Shown piece after piece: positions 1-13,819 of a stretch of DNA of 64,000 nt (position 1 is its first letter; each line of letters opens with the position of its first letter). This stretch comes from Flaccisagitta enflata (lineage: Eukaryota). The notes under the pieces are model-generated. The model worked only from the letters and a program-made list of their open reading frames with translations, had not been told where the DNA came from and did no database searches. Location of the stretch: the NCBI GenBank assembly GCA_965153355.1, contig OZ231126.1, positions 49,166,001 to 49,230,000 of the forward strand. Reading direction: 5' to 3'. The position numbers were made by a program, and so were the translations under genes.

Positions 1-213
1 GAATTACGTGATGAATTGACAATGGATCCCGTTCCGGAATTGATAATGGATAATGGATCTCGTCATGAAAAGATAGACCCCGTGGATGTCGGGGGTTGGG
101 ACGCGCGTATGCGTGACGTGTTTACAAGCTCTTTTTATGAATTCGGAAAAACATTAAATGAGTGGTCAAGTTATGTGGAAAATTATCTTTTTCATAGCTT
201 TACTTGGAAGTAG
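1..213 (+). CDS. Possible coding exon fragment entering from the left edge, product unknown
   Basis: Frame open from base 1 (ELRDELTMDPVPELIMDNGSRHEKIDPVDVGGWDAR...), higher GC than its flank, possible donor GTATGC at 107. No family recognised. Confidence 0.25.
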   Translation, partial: ELRDELTMDPVPELIMDNGSRHEKIDPVDVGGWDARMRDVFTSSFYEFGKTLNEWSSYVENYLFHSFTWK

Positions 214-998
214 CTGACTTAAACAGTTTACCATTTTTTGAAAAATTTATCTAAAATGCTGAGATTGGTCTCAAATGAGAGATAATTGTACATAGATTGT
301 ACATCTGCTTTGAAATATTGGAAATTTTTGATAATTAATGACTTTGTTGATGATTTTGGTCAAACATTGTCAAAATCAAAAGTGGAAATCTTGAAAAAAA
401 TCAATGAAAATCATAAAGATTTTTAAAATTTTCAAATTTTTTGGGTGATCAAAAATCTATAAAAGATTATTATGATATAAAATCAGTCGCAGGGTTTTTA
501 TTCAATTTGTTGAAAAATGCCAAGCAGTTAAAGACAACTACTTCCAAATACAGTAAAAAGTAAAAAACAAAGAAAAGACATGATCAGAACTCACTTGTGT
601 ATTTCAAAGAAATGTGGTCCCTAAACAAATGGTCTAATTGACCTGAAATTTTGCGTGCAAAAAGTGCAGACCAGATTTTTTTAGATCTCTTTTCAGAAAT
701 TGGTTTGAGGACCTAGAAGCACAGATATGTTGATTCTGTATGTTACAACTGCCAAGGGACACCCTATAGTGTGAGGTACGCTGTCCCATTCACACTAAAG
801 TATCTTAAAATGCCCTGTTAAGATAAAAATCCCGTCACACATCAAAAGATTGACGCAAACAAATTGACTGAGGACTGAAAACAAGCTACAACCTTCGTCA
901 ACAAGATAGAACAATTTCAAAAATCATAGTAGGAAATAATTCTAGAGCAAATTTGTTATACTTCATCCCGGTGCAAAATTCAGGATCACCTAGTTTGG

Positions 999-1252
999 TT
1001 TTTAGTTGCGGACACGCAACTCTATAAGAGGCTATGACCGTCCGTTGGTCAGTCAGTCCGTCCGTCCGTCCATTTGTCCGTCCGTCACGCTCAAGTTGAA
1101 AATGCAAAAAAACATGTATTTATGACACTGCAGTTGTTATTGTATGTGTTTTAGGTCTGTCAGTGTGTGGCAGAGGTTATTGGGGTGAGGCAGGGGTATG
1201 AATGCCCCTGCCCACTGGTCCGCAACAATATTGTGACCCTGCGTCACTTGTT
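999..1252 (+). mobile_element. Non-autonomous Helentron/DINE-1-like element (family A)
   Basis: TTTTT-AGTTGCGGAC with adjacent inverted copy, (GTCC)n, GTCCGCAAC subTIR, GTGAC..GTCAC hairpin, CTTGTT end. Confidence 0.8.
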
Positions 1253-1298
1253 ACAACATGCAAGTATTTTTTGTGCATGTTTTTTCTTTTGCCCATCA

Positions 1299-1419
1299 TT
1301 TTTAAGGTGCGACAATGCACCTCTATAACTGGCTGTGTCCGTTGGTTGGTTTGTCGGTCAGATAACGCATTTGTTCGACGATCCACACGTTGCACCTTAT
1401 TGGCCAACTTGGCCTTGTT
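1299..1419 (+). mobile_element. Family A element, AGGTGCGAC subfamily (second copy at 51914-52039)
   Basis: AGGTGCGAC...GT(T/C)GCACCT subTIRs, GGCC(A/T)ACTTGGCC hairpin, CTTGTT end. Confidence 0.8.
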
Positions 1420-1478
1420 TGTTTTACGATGGACTTAAGAAGACAGAAATTGGTGGAGCCAAAGGATTTTGAGCCTCG

Positions 1479-1560
<82 letters not shown>

Positions 1561-2420
1561 AACAAACAGACAAATAAACAAACACACATACACACACATA
1601 CACACGTGGTCACCACATTGTTGCGGACGGGTGGGCAGGGGCGTCCAACCCTTATCCACACTCAAATCCCCAACTCCACACACAAACATTCACAAAAAGC
1701 TCGTTTTTCTACTCTTCAACTCAATCACCATGGACCAACAGACCAACGGACCAACGGACCAATGGACCAACGAACGGACAAAGCCGCTTATAGAGTTTGT
1801 GTCCGCAACTAAAAAGAATATGGGCGCGTTCCTGAGTCACTGATAACTGTATCTTAACAGGCCATTCGCTATGATTGATTGCTCGCATCGCTCACCCCGC
1901 TCACTCGATCCGTGGTGATCCGCTTTGCTACACTCGCTTCACTCGCTGGCTAAGTTCAGGGGCTCGCTCACTCACTTCGCTCACTCCCATGAGGGATGGT
2001 TGAAATTCATTAATATGTGTTCATGCTGTAAATACTAATGGGCGTGTTTACTAATTGTCTTCACAATAAACACGCCCTATCTATGGGGCAAATTTCAGGT
2101 TATTTCCTAGGTTTCCTCATAAGATACAGCCTCTGCTCCAATGCCCTCTACATCACTGCCTCTGCTTGCCCATACGGGACCTCTTTGTACACATGGACGC
2201 AAAATACAGCGTGATGAGGCGCCAATAGCCAAAAAAAATTTAGCACCCCCATTACAGCCATATTGGCTGATTGGAAAATCTTATGGCAAGTCATTTTGAG
2301 TCACTTAGGGGAATACAAATGGCGTCAACAGAGCGATTTTTAAGATTGTAACTAAATCCTTGAAATCTATCATTTTTACTCAGAAAATATACACTCTTGG
2401 AAAAGGACAGAAAATAGAGT

Positions 2421-4140
2421 AACAAGGCCAACACCTATAAGTCGCGTGCCGGACAAAAATAACTGAACTGACCTGACTCCTTATTGTATCATTTTATCGA
2501 AAATCAGACTTAAACGCAACCCATAACAGACCCAAACTGAACTCAAACCAGACTCAAACCAGACTCAAACCAGACTCAAACCAGACTCAAACCAGACTCA
2601 AACCAGACTCAAACCAGAATTAAACCAGACCGAAAACAGACCTAAATCAGACATAAACCAGACATAAACCAGACATAAACCAGATTTAAGCCAGACTCAA
2701 ACCAGACTCAAACCAGACTCAATCCAGACTCAAACCAGACTCAAACCAGACTCAAACCAGACTCAAACCAGACTCAAACCAGACTCAAACCAGACTCAAA
2801 CCAGAATCAAACCAGGCTCAAACCAGGCTCAAACCAGGCTCAAACCAGGCTCAAACAAGGCTCAAACCAGAATCAAACCAGACTCAAACCAGACTCAAAC
2901 CAGACTCAAACCAGACTCAAACCAGACTCAAACCAGAATGAAACCAAACCAAAACCAGACCAAAACCCGACCAAACCAGACCTAAATCAGACCTAAATCA
3001 AACATAAACCAGACAAAAACCAGACATACACCAGACCTAAACCAGACCTAACCCAGACCTAAACCAGACATGAATCAGACATGAACCAGTCTTAAACCAG
3101 ACTTAAACCAGACTTTAACCAGACTTAAACCAGACTTATCTTTAATATCATTTTAACCAGCAGACTTAAACCAGCAGACTTAAACCATTAGACCAGCAGA
3201 CTTAAACCATTAGATTTAAACCAGCAGACTTAAACCAGCAGACTTAAACCAGCAGATTTAAACCAGCAGACTTTAACCAGCAGACTTAACCCATTAGACT
3301 TAAACCAGCAGGCTTAAACCAGCAGATTTAAACCAGCAGATTTAAACCAGCAGACTTTAACCAGCAGACTTAACCCAGCAGACTTAAACCAGCAGACTTA
3401 ACCCATTAGACTTAAACCAGCAGACTTAAACCAGCAGATTTAAACCAGCAGATTTAAACCAGCAGACTTTAACCAGCAGACTTTAACCAGCAGACTTTAA
3501 CCAGCAGACTTCAACCAGCAGACTTTAAACAGCAGACTTTAACCAGCAGACTTTAACCAAAAATGACCAAAAATGACCAAAAATGACCAAAAATGACCAA
3601 AAATGACCAAAAATGACCAAAAATGACCAAAAATGACCAAAAATGACCAAAAATGACCAAAAATGACCAAAAATGACCCAAATGACCTAAAATGACCAAA
3701 AATGACCAAAAATGATCGAAAATGACCAAAATGACCATAATAACCAAAATGACCAAAATGACCAAAAATGACCAAAAATGACCAAGAATGACCAAAAATG
3801 ACCAAAAATGACCAAAAATAATCAAAAATGACCAAAAATGACCAAAAATGACCAAAAATCACCAAAAATGACCAAAAATGACCAAAAATGACCAAAAATC
3901 ACCAAAAATCACCAAAATGACCAAAATGACCAAAATGACCAAAATGACCAAAATGACCAAAAATAACCAAAAATGACTAAAAGCAACCAATAATTCCCAA
4001 AAACAACAAAAAAATGACTCAAAATAACTACAGATGACCCAAAAAGACGAAAAAAAGCAAAGTGTTACGGACGGACGGACCGACCGACGGACGGACGGAC
4101 CGACGGAGCGGGTTGTAGAGTCGCGTGCACGCGACTAAAA
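2421..4140 (-). mobile_element. Family A element carrying ~1.4 kb of internal tandem arrays
   Basis: Starts aacaaggccaacacctataagtcgcgtgc (identical at 55338) and ends (GACG)n...AGTCGCGTGCACGCGACTAAAA. Confidence 0.85.
2540..3975. repeat. Compound minisatellite: (AAACCAGACTC)n, (AAACCAGCAGACTT)n, (AAAATGACCA)n
   Basis: Directly visible 11-, 14- and 10/9-bp units. Confidence 0.97.
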
Positions 4141-4368
4141 AGTGATAAATTTCAAGGTTCTTGGTACAATTTCAAAATTCCCTCTGATGATGCCACTCAT
4201 ATTCCCCTTAGTGACTAAAAATAACTTTCAAAAAGAAATTTCATTCAGCCAAATTAGCTGTAGTGGGGGGTGCTAAAACTTTTGGCGCCTCATCACGCTG
4301 TATTTTGAGTCCATGTGTAGAGATCCTCTCTAGCCATCGATCGCTCACACCTCAAGGGAGGCGAGTAA

Positions 4369-4448
<80 letters not shown>

Positions 4449-4922
4449 ACGACGACGACGACGACGACGACATTTGAGTCATTTTCACGTCTCCCATTGA
4501 CGCCCAAAGTAAACCTTCCTTTAAACGACCTCATTCCCCGTCACTTGATCAAATTAAGAGAAAGGAGACCATTTTGTCTCGAATCAAATGCATTGACAAC
4601 TTTTTGGTTAACCAATTAACTCTAAATCCCAGATTACGCTTATACGTGCAACGGAACAAGCGAATGAAATAAAAACCATGGATCAATTTTGAAATATCAT
4701 TGAAGGAATGAGCGAGCATGTGACAAAGTGAGCAAAAGAACAAGTGACGCTCAGTCACAATATTATTGCGGACGGGTGGGCAGGGGCAGCCAACCCCCAT
4801 CCACACCCAGCACCCCACCCAACTCCCTTTCCAACACAGACACATACGCAAAAAGCTTCAAAACGCTCGTTTTTCCACTCTCCGACTCATGCTCACGGAC
4901 CGACGGACGGAGAAGCCTCTTA

Positions 4923-5443
4923 CAGTCGGGTGTGTCAATATGCAAAAGTATGTTTGATTAGATCATGAACATCGGGGAGTGTAAACAAAAAAATTCTAAG
5001 ACTTTTAGCGTCTTTATTTTTTCAAATTTTGTTCATCTTTTATTTTTTTAGTGCAAGAAAAGATTGTCAAAAATAAAAATACTTCAAGCATCTGCACTGA
5101 GTTTTGCTGAAAGTAAGACTCATAACTACTACAAAAAAGATTGGTTATTGTGTTTTTATACAACTTTGGTGATAAATACACAACTGTTGCTTTGTTGCAA
5201 CTTGAATTAGCACCAAGATATTCATGTGTTGAATCTGATTAAGTTCAGTAACAATGATATTGATAGAAAATCATCAATACAGCAATATACAAATTAGCGT
5301 CTAAAAAGGGGTTTTGAAAAAAATGGAAGATAAATGGAATTTAATAAAATAAAAACGCTAAGGGTCATAAAATTTAATACCTTAAGCTGTCTGATATTGA
5401 TGATCTCATCAAAAAACCTTTTGCATATTGGCACTCCCGACTC
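4923..5443. mobile_element. MITE inserted in the TA of a family A element (host ~4740-5471)
   Basis: TIR CAGTCGGGTGTGTCAATATGCAAAAG / CTTTTGCATATTGGCACTCCCGACTC splits the host's cctctta|..gagtagcgtgtccgcaactaaaa end. Confidence 0.75.
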
Positions 5444-5472
5444 TTACAGAGTAGCGTGTCCGCAACTAAAAG

Positions 5473-5602
<130 letters not shown>

Positions 5603-6251
5603 TAGAGAGAAAAACAACATTCAAATGCAATAGGTTAGCGAATCATTTTTCTGGGAAAATTTTTACAGGTTAATGCAAATTAGCTAAATTCTTCATCGGC
5701 GAGATTTAAGTATCCCTCATATCATTAAGCCGCGCTTGCAGTATTCTACCCCATCATGAACATGTTTTCTCATCACGCTGTCTTTTTCAAATAATAAAAA
5801 ATGAGTGTTGAAGAAGGTTGTAGCTCGTTCTCAGTCCTCCGTCAATTTGTTGGCGTCTATCTCATGATGTGTAACATGATTCTCATCTTAACAGGGCTTA
5901 ATAAGGTACTTGAGTGTATATGGGACAGCGTAGTGTGAGGGACTAGCTGAAGGACCTATAGAAATGGCTTAAGAATAGTATACCACTAGACTAGAACGTC
6001 CCGATTTGATACCTCTCCATGTCGAGCTCGGTTCGGGTAATAGCTGTATAGTCAGTCAGCGCAGTGGGTCAAATTACCCAGCTACTTAATTAGGCTGAAG
6101 AAAATTTCTTGTAAGTTACGTAATCCTTTTCGGGCAGCGGCCCCAGAGGGCCGATGTCCTGTAGGACACAGGGGGCAAATTCGGTATGTATGTCCGTCCT
6201 CCATCCCCTCCTTACCTCTTCAGGCCAGAAACCTCCATCCCGATTGAAATA

Positions 6252-6418
6252 CAGTTAAATCCCACTCTAATGGATATCAAGGTACCAAACAATTTTTTCT
6301 GATATAGGCGGAATTCTGTTCTCACCAACATAGAAAACTGGTTCAAGGGACCAAAAAATAGTATCTGTCACAAGTGGAATTCCATTAAAAGTAGGTCCGT
6401 TGGAACGGGGTTCAACTG
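6252..6418. mobile_element. pogo/Tigger-like MITE (relatives at 14975-15369, 46362-46538, 46651-46830, 47297-47441, partial ~27045-27227)
   Basis: TA|CAGT(T/G)(A/G)AACC ... GGTT(C/T)AACTG|TA termini; 145-190 bp when uninterrupted. Confidence 0.75.
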
Positions 6419-7167
6419 TACATGGAAAATTGACAAAAATTGAAACATATATAAATTCCCATTGAATAATATGCAAACAGGTCACCCAAGGGCAATATGT
6501 GATCAGCGATACCCGTTGCCCTGCTTAGCATGTTTGTAACTGTAGGTGATGGCTAGCAGGGCAGCGGCCCCTAATAAGGCAAAGTAAGCTAACACGAGCG
6601 CCCAATGGCCCCGGTGGATCGACAAACAAATGCGCGAGGACGGACATGACCATGAGTCCATGACTATTGACACTAAGAACCAAAGCACGCCTATAAATGA
6701 CATTCATTAGCGTGTGTTGGTACACATAGTAGCGGGGAGAAAAGAGTCAGCAGGAAGGATCTAACAAAAGAGATGGAGATCTTGAGACACAGACATGACG
6801 AGAGCCATTTTTTTCCCTGGGCATAAAAATTCCTCCCCTTACACAAAGAGACAAAAAAAGAAGGGAAGAAAAAGCGGGAGGAATTATAACGAAGGAAAAA
6901 AAAAATTCCCTCTTTCCATTTTCTATCCAAGTTGAAGAGGAAGAAACGAAGTCTTCCAAGTTGTCGACTTGGCATCACAACCATTCATGGAGCTGACTCA
7001 AAATACTTGAAGAGAGAGAGAGAAACCGGAGAACTTGAAGGAAAATGTATTGAGAAGGTTTATATTAAAAGATAAAACGTTGAACAACGATGTGAATTAA
7101 ATCAAATGAAAAGCTTTCAACTCATATGTGCTTTTTAAAAAAATCCCTGAGGAGCAAGGATAAATGG

Positions 7168-7633
7168 AACAAGCCCAAGAGGGCAACAGTCGCGTGCGTC
7201 TGGAAATGACGAACAAAAGGCCGTGCGATATGTATTGATACAATGTCGATACAATGTTGATACGATATCGAGACGATATCGATACAATATCGATACAATA
7301 CAATACTTAAAGTACCCAAAAATACCCAAAAATACCCAGAAATACCCAAAAATACCCAAAAATACCCAAAAATACCCAAAAGTACCAAAAAGTACCTAAA
7401 AATATCCGAAAATACCCTAGAGTACCCCAAGTACCCGGAACAACTGAGGTACCCTAAAGTACCCTGAAGTACCCTAAAGTACCCTGAAATACCCTAGAGC
7501 ACCTCAAATTACCTTAAAAAACCTTAAAAAGTCATAATTTTAGAAATCTGATGGACCGACGGATGGACGGACGGACCGACCTCCCGACCAACCGACACGG
7601 CAAGGTGTAGAGTCGCGTGCACGCGACTAAAAA
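7168..7633 (-). mobile_element. Family A element with internal (ATATCGATACA)n and (AAAATACCCA)n arrays
   Basis: aacaagcccaagagggc hairpin end, AGTCGCGTGC subTIR, (GACG)n, terminal palindrome AGTCGCGTGCACGCGACT. Confidence 0.85.
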
Positions 7634-8238
7634 GGTGAGAGTTTTAAGATGCGCTGTCGACACCTCGCATCTCTATAAGAAGGTCTATCCGTCGGTCCAT
7701 GTCTCAGTCCGTAACGCCTTGTGGCAAATTGCATTTCTTGGCTGCTTTTAGCCGCAGCAATGTCACACACTGAAGGGTCAACCTCAGAGCAGACAATCAA
7801 AATCATTTTTTTGTAAAAGCATTTCGTCTATTTTATGGTCATAACAATTTTTCAAATTAAGAGGTTATTTCACTTTTCTCACTCGATCTACTTCATCATG
7901 AGGATGATAACACAATGTAATGCGGTTTTTAGTTGCAGACACGCAACTCTATAAGAGGCTTTGTCCGTCCGTCCGTCTGTCGGTCCGTCCGTTGGTCCGT
8001 AATGATCGAGTCAAAAAGTAAGAAAACGCGCATTTCCGCCCCTGCCCACCCGTCCGCAACTGGTGGCCGTGTATGCGGCCTTGTTTAAAAGGCGTTTTCT
8101 GCATCACTCTGCATGTCTCACTCTGCTGTGGTATGTTACGCGTGTGTATTACAATAAGCTGAGAATGATTTTTTCCTTAGCCAGATCGCAATTCATTTGC
8201 TGTCCCTGGCAGCCAGATGTGGATTGAGAAGCGCTCTA

Positions 8239-8829
8239 CACTTTTTTCTTTTATAAGAACATCATTTTTTGGGCAAGCCTTCAATGTTCCTAAATTTTGA
8301 GCAGTTTCAAGGCTTGAACGTTCTTAAATTGTTCTTAATTCAAACTCACTTTTTAACCTACAATTAAGAACGTTATTAATCAGTTTGAGTTAGTCATTAA
8401 GGAACAAGGCCAACACCTTACAGTTGCGTGCTGTTGTTAAGACCAAAAGACAAAAAAATCAAAAAACAAAAAAACTGATTGTAAATTGTCTTGAAATAAC
8501 TTAAAATGACTTGAAAGGACGTAAAACGACAAAAAAAAGCTAAGTGTGACCAACGGAAATGAAACGGAAATGAAAGTAGAAAGATACACGCTATATAAAG
8601 TGAAAAATGGTTTGCTGAAAGGAGAAGACACATAGTATGTCTATTCACGAAGAATAATCGAGTAAAAAACAGCCAAGAAAAAAATGTTCTTAAATTTTTT
8701 TAGATGTTCAGCCTACTGTTCTTAAATTTTTGGAGAAATGAAGCCTTCCAATTTTCTTAGCATGTTCTTAAATTTTTGACGATTTGAAGCCTAACGTTCT
8801 TATAAACTTGTTTCTTATAAAAAAAAGTG
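8239..8829. mobile_element. TA-flanked MITE (CACTTTTT..ATAAGAAC family) with a nested family A fragment at ~8403
   Basis: TA|CACTTTTTTCTTTTATAAGAAC ... TTCTTATAAAAAAAAGTG|TA; related to 48959-49385. Confidence 0.75.
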
Positions 8830-9068
8830 TACTATCAAACAATCTCCAATAATTGTTTCTGCTAGGATTTTCAACATTAAAAATGTGGGGGCGACTTTTA
8901 GAAAATAAGCGTAGAATTCTCTGACCATATTTTTATGTTTTTTTAAGTTATGAAATTGCGTATAACTTGTCAACGATGTACGCTGATGATTTGTAATCAC
9001 CCGAGTTTTTTTTGCGACCTCCTGTTACATTGGTTGCAAAAAAAATCCATCTTCAGATGTGATGGGAA

Positions 9069-9367
9069 CAGGCCTGTATATTGTTCCGTATTCCCCCCCA
9101 AAGGGGTTGGAGAAAGGGAAGGAAAAGGAAGAAGGAAAAAAGAGAAAAAAAAAGAAAACTTGGGGAAAATATAACTTTTGCATGTAACTAAAACATGATA
9201 AGTTAAACACAATTCAACACTATTTAAACCTCAAACACCCAGTTTTAGTGGTTTATGGGGAAGAAAAACTTTGATTTGGTAACGCAACGCGATGCGTCGC
9301 AGGGAAGAAAATCAAAGGCAGGGGGGGAAAATAATCATCAAAGGTTATGGAATTATATACAACCCTG
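9069..9367. mobile_element. hAT-type MITE
   Basis: TIR CAGGCCTGTATA/TATACAACCCTG with exact 8-bp TSD GATGGGAA. Confidence 0.85.
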
Positions 9368-9884
9368 GATGGGAAGTAACTCTTACGTCGCAGCCTAGGC
9401 AAGTAGGAAAGAGAGAGGAACGGAAAACAAGTCCAAATTTGAAAAGGTGTAACGGACAGTGCTTGTTTAGGCCACTCGACGAAGTTTATTTCACCAGCCT
9501 GTCACCAACCCCCTAAATCTACCTAAACCACCTATAACGGACCCCTTTATAGACGCATCTAAACAAGCCCGACCGGGCAACGATGCGTCTGGGCTGTGTC
9601 TCCGCGTGTTTCTAATTTGGTACGGAACATTTGACATATGTGGAGAGACTGAGGGACGAACAGACAGATAAAACGACTGAGTAGCTTAAGAGACTCTCAA
9701 AACATGTTTGTCGATCGTTTATTTTAGTAACCAATCTCGCCGTGGCCAGAAACAGCCAAGAAACGCGGTTTTTGGACGGGCGTAACGGAACGACGGATGG
9801 ACCGACAGATGGACCGACACACCGACGGACAGACCCTCTTATAGACATGCGTTCCTGACGGACGCATCTAAAGCAGGTCGCTCA

Positions 9885-10567
9885 AGCGTCATTATGGTCA
9901 GCGGTTCCCGATGCCCCATTGATATCATTTAGTATTGTGGCTTTGAGGTAATGGGGCAGCGGCTCCGGAGGGATCGATGTCCTATGATTCCACACAGGGC
10001 AATTTTGTTTTGGGTTTTGAATGTGTATGAGGTCTATGACATGACATGTAGGGTCATGAAGGCCTGAAACGAGGTCTAAACAGCCTGGTTTAAGGCCAGA
10101 AAGGTTTGATTTTAGGTCTGAGGGGCCTGATTTGGGGTCTGAGAGGTCTGATTTGGGGTCTGAGAGGTGTAATTTGAGGTCTGAGAGGTCTGAATTGGGG
10201 TCCAATAGGTCTGATTTGAGGTCTAAGAGGCCTGATTTGGGGTCTGAGAGGCCTGATTTGGGTCTGAGAGGCCTGATCTTGGGTCTGAGAGGCCTAATTT
10301 GAAGTCTGAGAGGCCTGGTTTGGGGTCTAAGAGGCCTGATTTGGGGTCTGAGAGGCCTGATTTGGGGTTAAAGAGGCCTGATTTGGGGTCTGTGAGGCCT
10401 GATTTGGGATCTGAGAGGCCTGATTTGGGGTCTGAGAATCCTGATTTGGGGTCTGATAGGCCTGATTTGAGGCTGTGGGGGGGGGGGGGGACGAGAATAA
10501 ATTAAATCAGAAAAATGGCCCTGTGTGGAACCATATGTCATCGACCCCTCGGGGCCGCTGCCCAAAA
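9885..10567 (-). mobile_element. Family B element (~55-bp inverted repeats, internal 21-bp minisatellite GAGGCCTGATTTGGGGTCTGA)
   Basis: GGGCAGCGGC(T/C)CC..ATCGATG..ACACAGGGC inverted at ~9954 and ~10517-10563; tail ATGGTCAGCGGT shared with 25209 and 50414 copies. Confidence 0.8.
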
Positions 10568-11677
10568 GGAGAGTGAAAAATCTGTGTGCAATAACTGCAA
10601 AAACGATGGCAACAAGACTTGGCTCTTAAAAAAACTTGTCACATCATTTTTTGCATCTTTTTCTCTTTTTAACTTTCCCTTTAAACCGGAAGTGGCGTTG
10701 TAGATTGAACGTTCAATGACTACTGCTTACAGTGGCTCGTAGCTCTGTCCGTATTCAATAGCTAAATAATCAGTACCCGATAGGACAACGACATCACGCG
10801 ACATTCATGTTGGGATGCGTATGTCTGTCAGTATGCCCGTTAAAAATCGCGTGGATGACGCACTGCGTTGCTTGACTTGGGTTTCTGCTCTTGTTAACCT
10901 TTTATGATTCTCCTTTCTCTTCTTTTCTTTTCAGTACATAAAGGTTTTGTGTTTATGTTTTGACAGCCATTTGGGAGACGCGCTCTGGTGAATGGGACTA
11001 ACTGCCTGCATGCGCGGTCGCTCAACCCGCTTTCTTCCTCTTCGTTTGTTTTTTATGCCGTTTGTTTGTTATGACTTTCTTTTCCTTTTGTTTACACGAC
11101 GTAAAAATAAAATTCTGTGATTATATTGATTTTTTTTAGCGGTGGATATCAAGTGAAAGTGGGTAAGAGGAAAGTCACCAACCCCGTTGTATCTTGATGC
11201 ATATTACATATATTGGGGAGGATACAATAATAGGTACATATCCTTGTTTTTGTTCAGCGGCCCCAAAGGGACGAAGTCCTGTAGAACACAGGGGGACTTT
11301 CGTTCGTCATTCCATCCGTCCGTCCATCCGTCCGTCCGTTTGTCCCTCCATTAGGCCTCTCAGACCTGAAATCTGCCCTATCAGGCCTGAAATCTGCCCT
11401 CTCAGGCCCACTCAGGCCCACTCAGGCCTGAAATCTATCCTCTTAGGACTAAAATCTACCCTCTCAGCACGGAAATCGGCCCCCTCTGGCTTCTCAGGCA
11501 TCTATTCAGCCCTCAGACCTCGAATCAGCTCTCTCACTCCTCAAATTGGCCATTTCAGGCCATCAATCTACCCTGACAGACTTCAAATCAACCATCTCAG
11601 GACAGACAGACGGACAGAAGGACGAACGAAAGTCCCCCTGTGTTGACAGATGACAAAGCCTCATATAGACTCTATAC

Positions 11678-13070
11678 CAGTAATGGCGGCTGTCGCCGTG
11701 AGGAAAAAAGTCGTAAGCATTGGTCACTTTTTATCAAGCTTTTGTTTTCAGTCACTGCAAATCTTTCTACTTGTTAGATCAAATCAAAAGCACTTGCATG
11801 TATTGGTTGCACTGTTAATCAGAGAAATGTAGGTCTGAGCCAAATGAGCTAGATGAGCTAAAATGCTCAAAGTCACTCAACCACACAACCAGCTATGCTC
11901 GTTGACATGCTTTTTTGTACCGGGTGGACATAAAAAAAGTAGTCACTTTATCTCAATAATATAAAAATTATTTTTAATTGCCTTTTATATGATCATTCAA
12001 AATAAATAAGCCTTTTAATTTGTGTACATGAATATAATATAAAAATTCAAATTATGTTTGGTTAATCAAAAAAATTTTTCTGGGCATTATTGCCTATTTT
12101 AATAAAAAATGATGAATGATAATCATTAGTGTTTTGGATATGAATTTGTTTTTTTATTTTAAAAAAATTGGTGCTCATACTTTCCTGAGACCTACTTTTA
12201 ATCAATTATTGCGATTCTAAAGCAAACTTTGGAGAGAACATTATTTTATACTCAATTTCAAGCAAAATTTTTCAAGTGGTCCCTAATTCAATTCAGTTTT
12301 TTTAAGATAACTTGAAAAATATGGATCTTCATAAAAAATATCCATAATGGAACATAATGTGCACGATCATATCTAAATAACTAAAAAAAATTTTTTTACT
12401 TAGCAGAAATTTTAAAAGTGATATGAAAAAATTAAAAGTTACTTTTTTAAAGTCCACCCGTTATTTGCATTTATGTATTTATCCCATTAAAGATCAGAAA
12501 AAAATACTGAGCTAAATGAGCTAAGTGAGCTAGAATACATTAAAACACCCTCACAAATGAGCAACTGAGCTCAATGACATGCTTTTTTGTATCTGCTTTC
12601 TTAAACATGTATCGAAATATTCATTAATTTATTGCATTTGAAATAAAAAAAAAAGACGGAGCAAAATAAGCTAAATGAGCTAAATGAGCTAAATGAGCTG
12701 AAATGCTCAAAAACGCCCTCACAGATGAGCAGATGTGCTCATAAACTTGCTTTCTTGTATTTGCATGCTCAAACAAACATAAAAAAACTCTTTTATTGAT
12801 CCTACACAAAATTGTAAAAAATCAAAAAAAATTTCATTCGAATTTTTCATAAATAAATCTTTAAAAAATCCTAGCGCGAAAAATATTTGTCGTAGAGCAT
12901 TCTGCTTGGCACCAAATAAAAGAGAATTATCAAATTTACTTACCCTATCAATTTCATTGGAGGCCTCAATCGGTCGGTGAAGAGCCCTAACTTTTGCATA
13001 AGAAAATGAAAACCCTGTTTCTCTCGAATATGTCAAAAAGTCGAAGACTGACTTCGACTTTTTTCCCGAT
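11678..13070 (-). mobile_element. Family C Helentron-like element with nested mariner-type MITE (11920-12461)
   Basis: GGCGGCTGTCGCC hairpin + GGAAAAAAGTCG at one end, AAAAAGTCGAAG..CTTCGACTTTTTTCC at the other; internal (GAGCTAAAT)n; nested TA|CCGGGTGGAC...GTCCACCCG. Confidence 0.7.
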
Positions 13071-13316
13071 TATAGAGTCCCTAGTCCGCGACTAAAAAGG
13101 ATCCACTACTTAAAACATCTACGCTTTTCTTTTTCCGGACAACAATACATCAAAGCGCGGTATATACACTTTAGCTCCTTGAGCCACGATAAAAAAAAAG
13201 AAAAAAAAAGCGTGAAAGTCATTCCTAAACACTTGGGCTTAAAGAGAGGATCAGAGCCAATGTTAATTCTTTGGCTCATTAGGAGGTCGTTTGCCGAAGA
13301 ATGAAATCCATCTTAC

Positions 13317-13406
13317 CGGAAGGTCCTTGCTCCAGGTTGATTACGTGAGTCCTTGCCAAAGCCATACACAGCTGAGCAGCCTTGTTTGGAGATGGGCACT
13401 TGATTT
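13317..13406 (-). CDS. Next ORC1/CDC6-like exon (may instead run on to TAA at 13279)
   Basis: ctctcag|(Q)IKCPSPNKAAQLCMALARTHVINLEQGPS-G|GTAAGA. Phase 1 matches the preceding exon. Resembles the ORC1 P-x7-C-xx-L...LLLVE segment. Confidence 0.6.
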
Positions 13407-13480
13407 CTGAGAGACGAAAGGGGATGGGGGTAGGGAAAGAAAGAGAGGGAAAGAAATGTGTGTTAGTGTGTGTGTGTGTC

Positions 13481-13531
<51 letters not shown>

Positions 13532-13819
13532 GAAAGAAAGGAAAAGCATAATGAATGATGAAAGAGTGAAGGATGCAACTTTGATGAATGTGAAGGATCG
13601 TACAAACTTATATCGGGTAAGATACAGTGGAGGACATACATAATCATTTAATTCCATTCGTCCTGTTAGTGCGCCGAAGCACATTTATAACCGGTGGTTT
13701 TGAACGTCCGTCCGTCCGTTGGTTGGTCTTTTGGTAACTCTTTCGCTTGACAACCGTAAGGGCGCACGTACTGGCCTAGTTGACCATGTTTCCCATCGCC
13801 CAGGATCGTATGTACTTAC

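Larger units (their letters stand above)
2190..4317. mobile_element. TA-flanked MITE with long TIRs, hosting the nested family A element
   Basis: TA|CACATGGACGCAAAATACAGCGTGATGAGGCGCCAA ... TTGGCGCCTCATCACGCTGTATTTTGAGTCCATGTG|TA. Confidence 0.85.

Noticed and set aside
2540-3975. Regular short repeats as a possible CRISPR array; ORFs 3539-3895
   Set aside because: No unique spacers and no cas genes; a simple tandem array in a eukaryotic context.
9882-10505. Repetitive ORFs (SDLSDPK / RPDLGSE heptads), also 11194-11646 and 50363-50924
   Set aside because: Translations of the 21-bp minisatellite inside family B elements.
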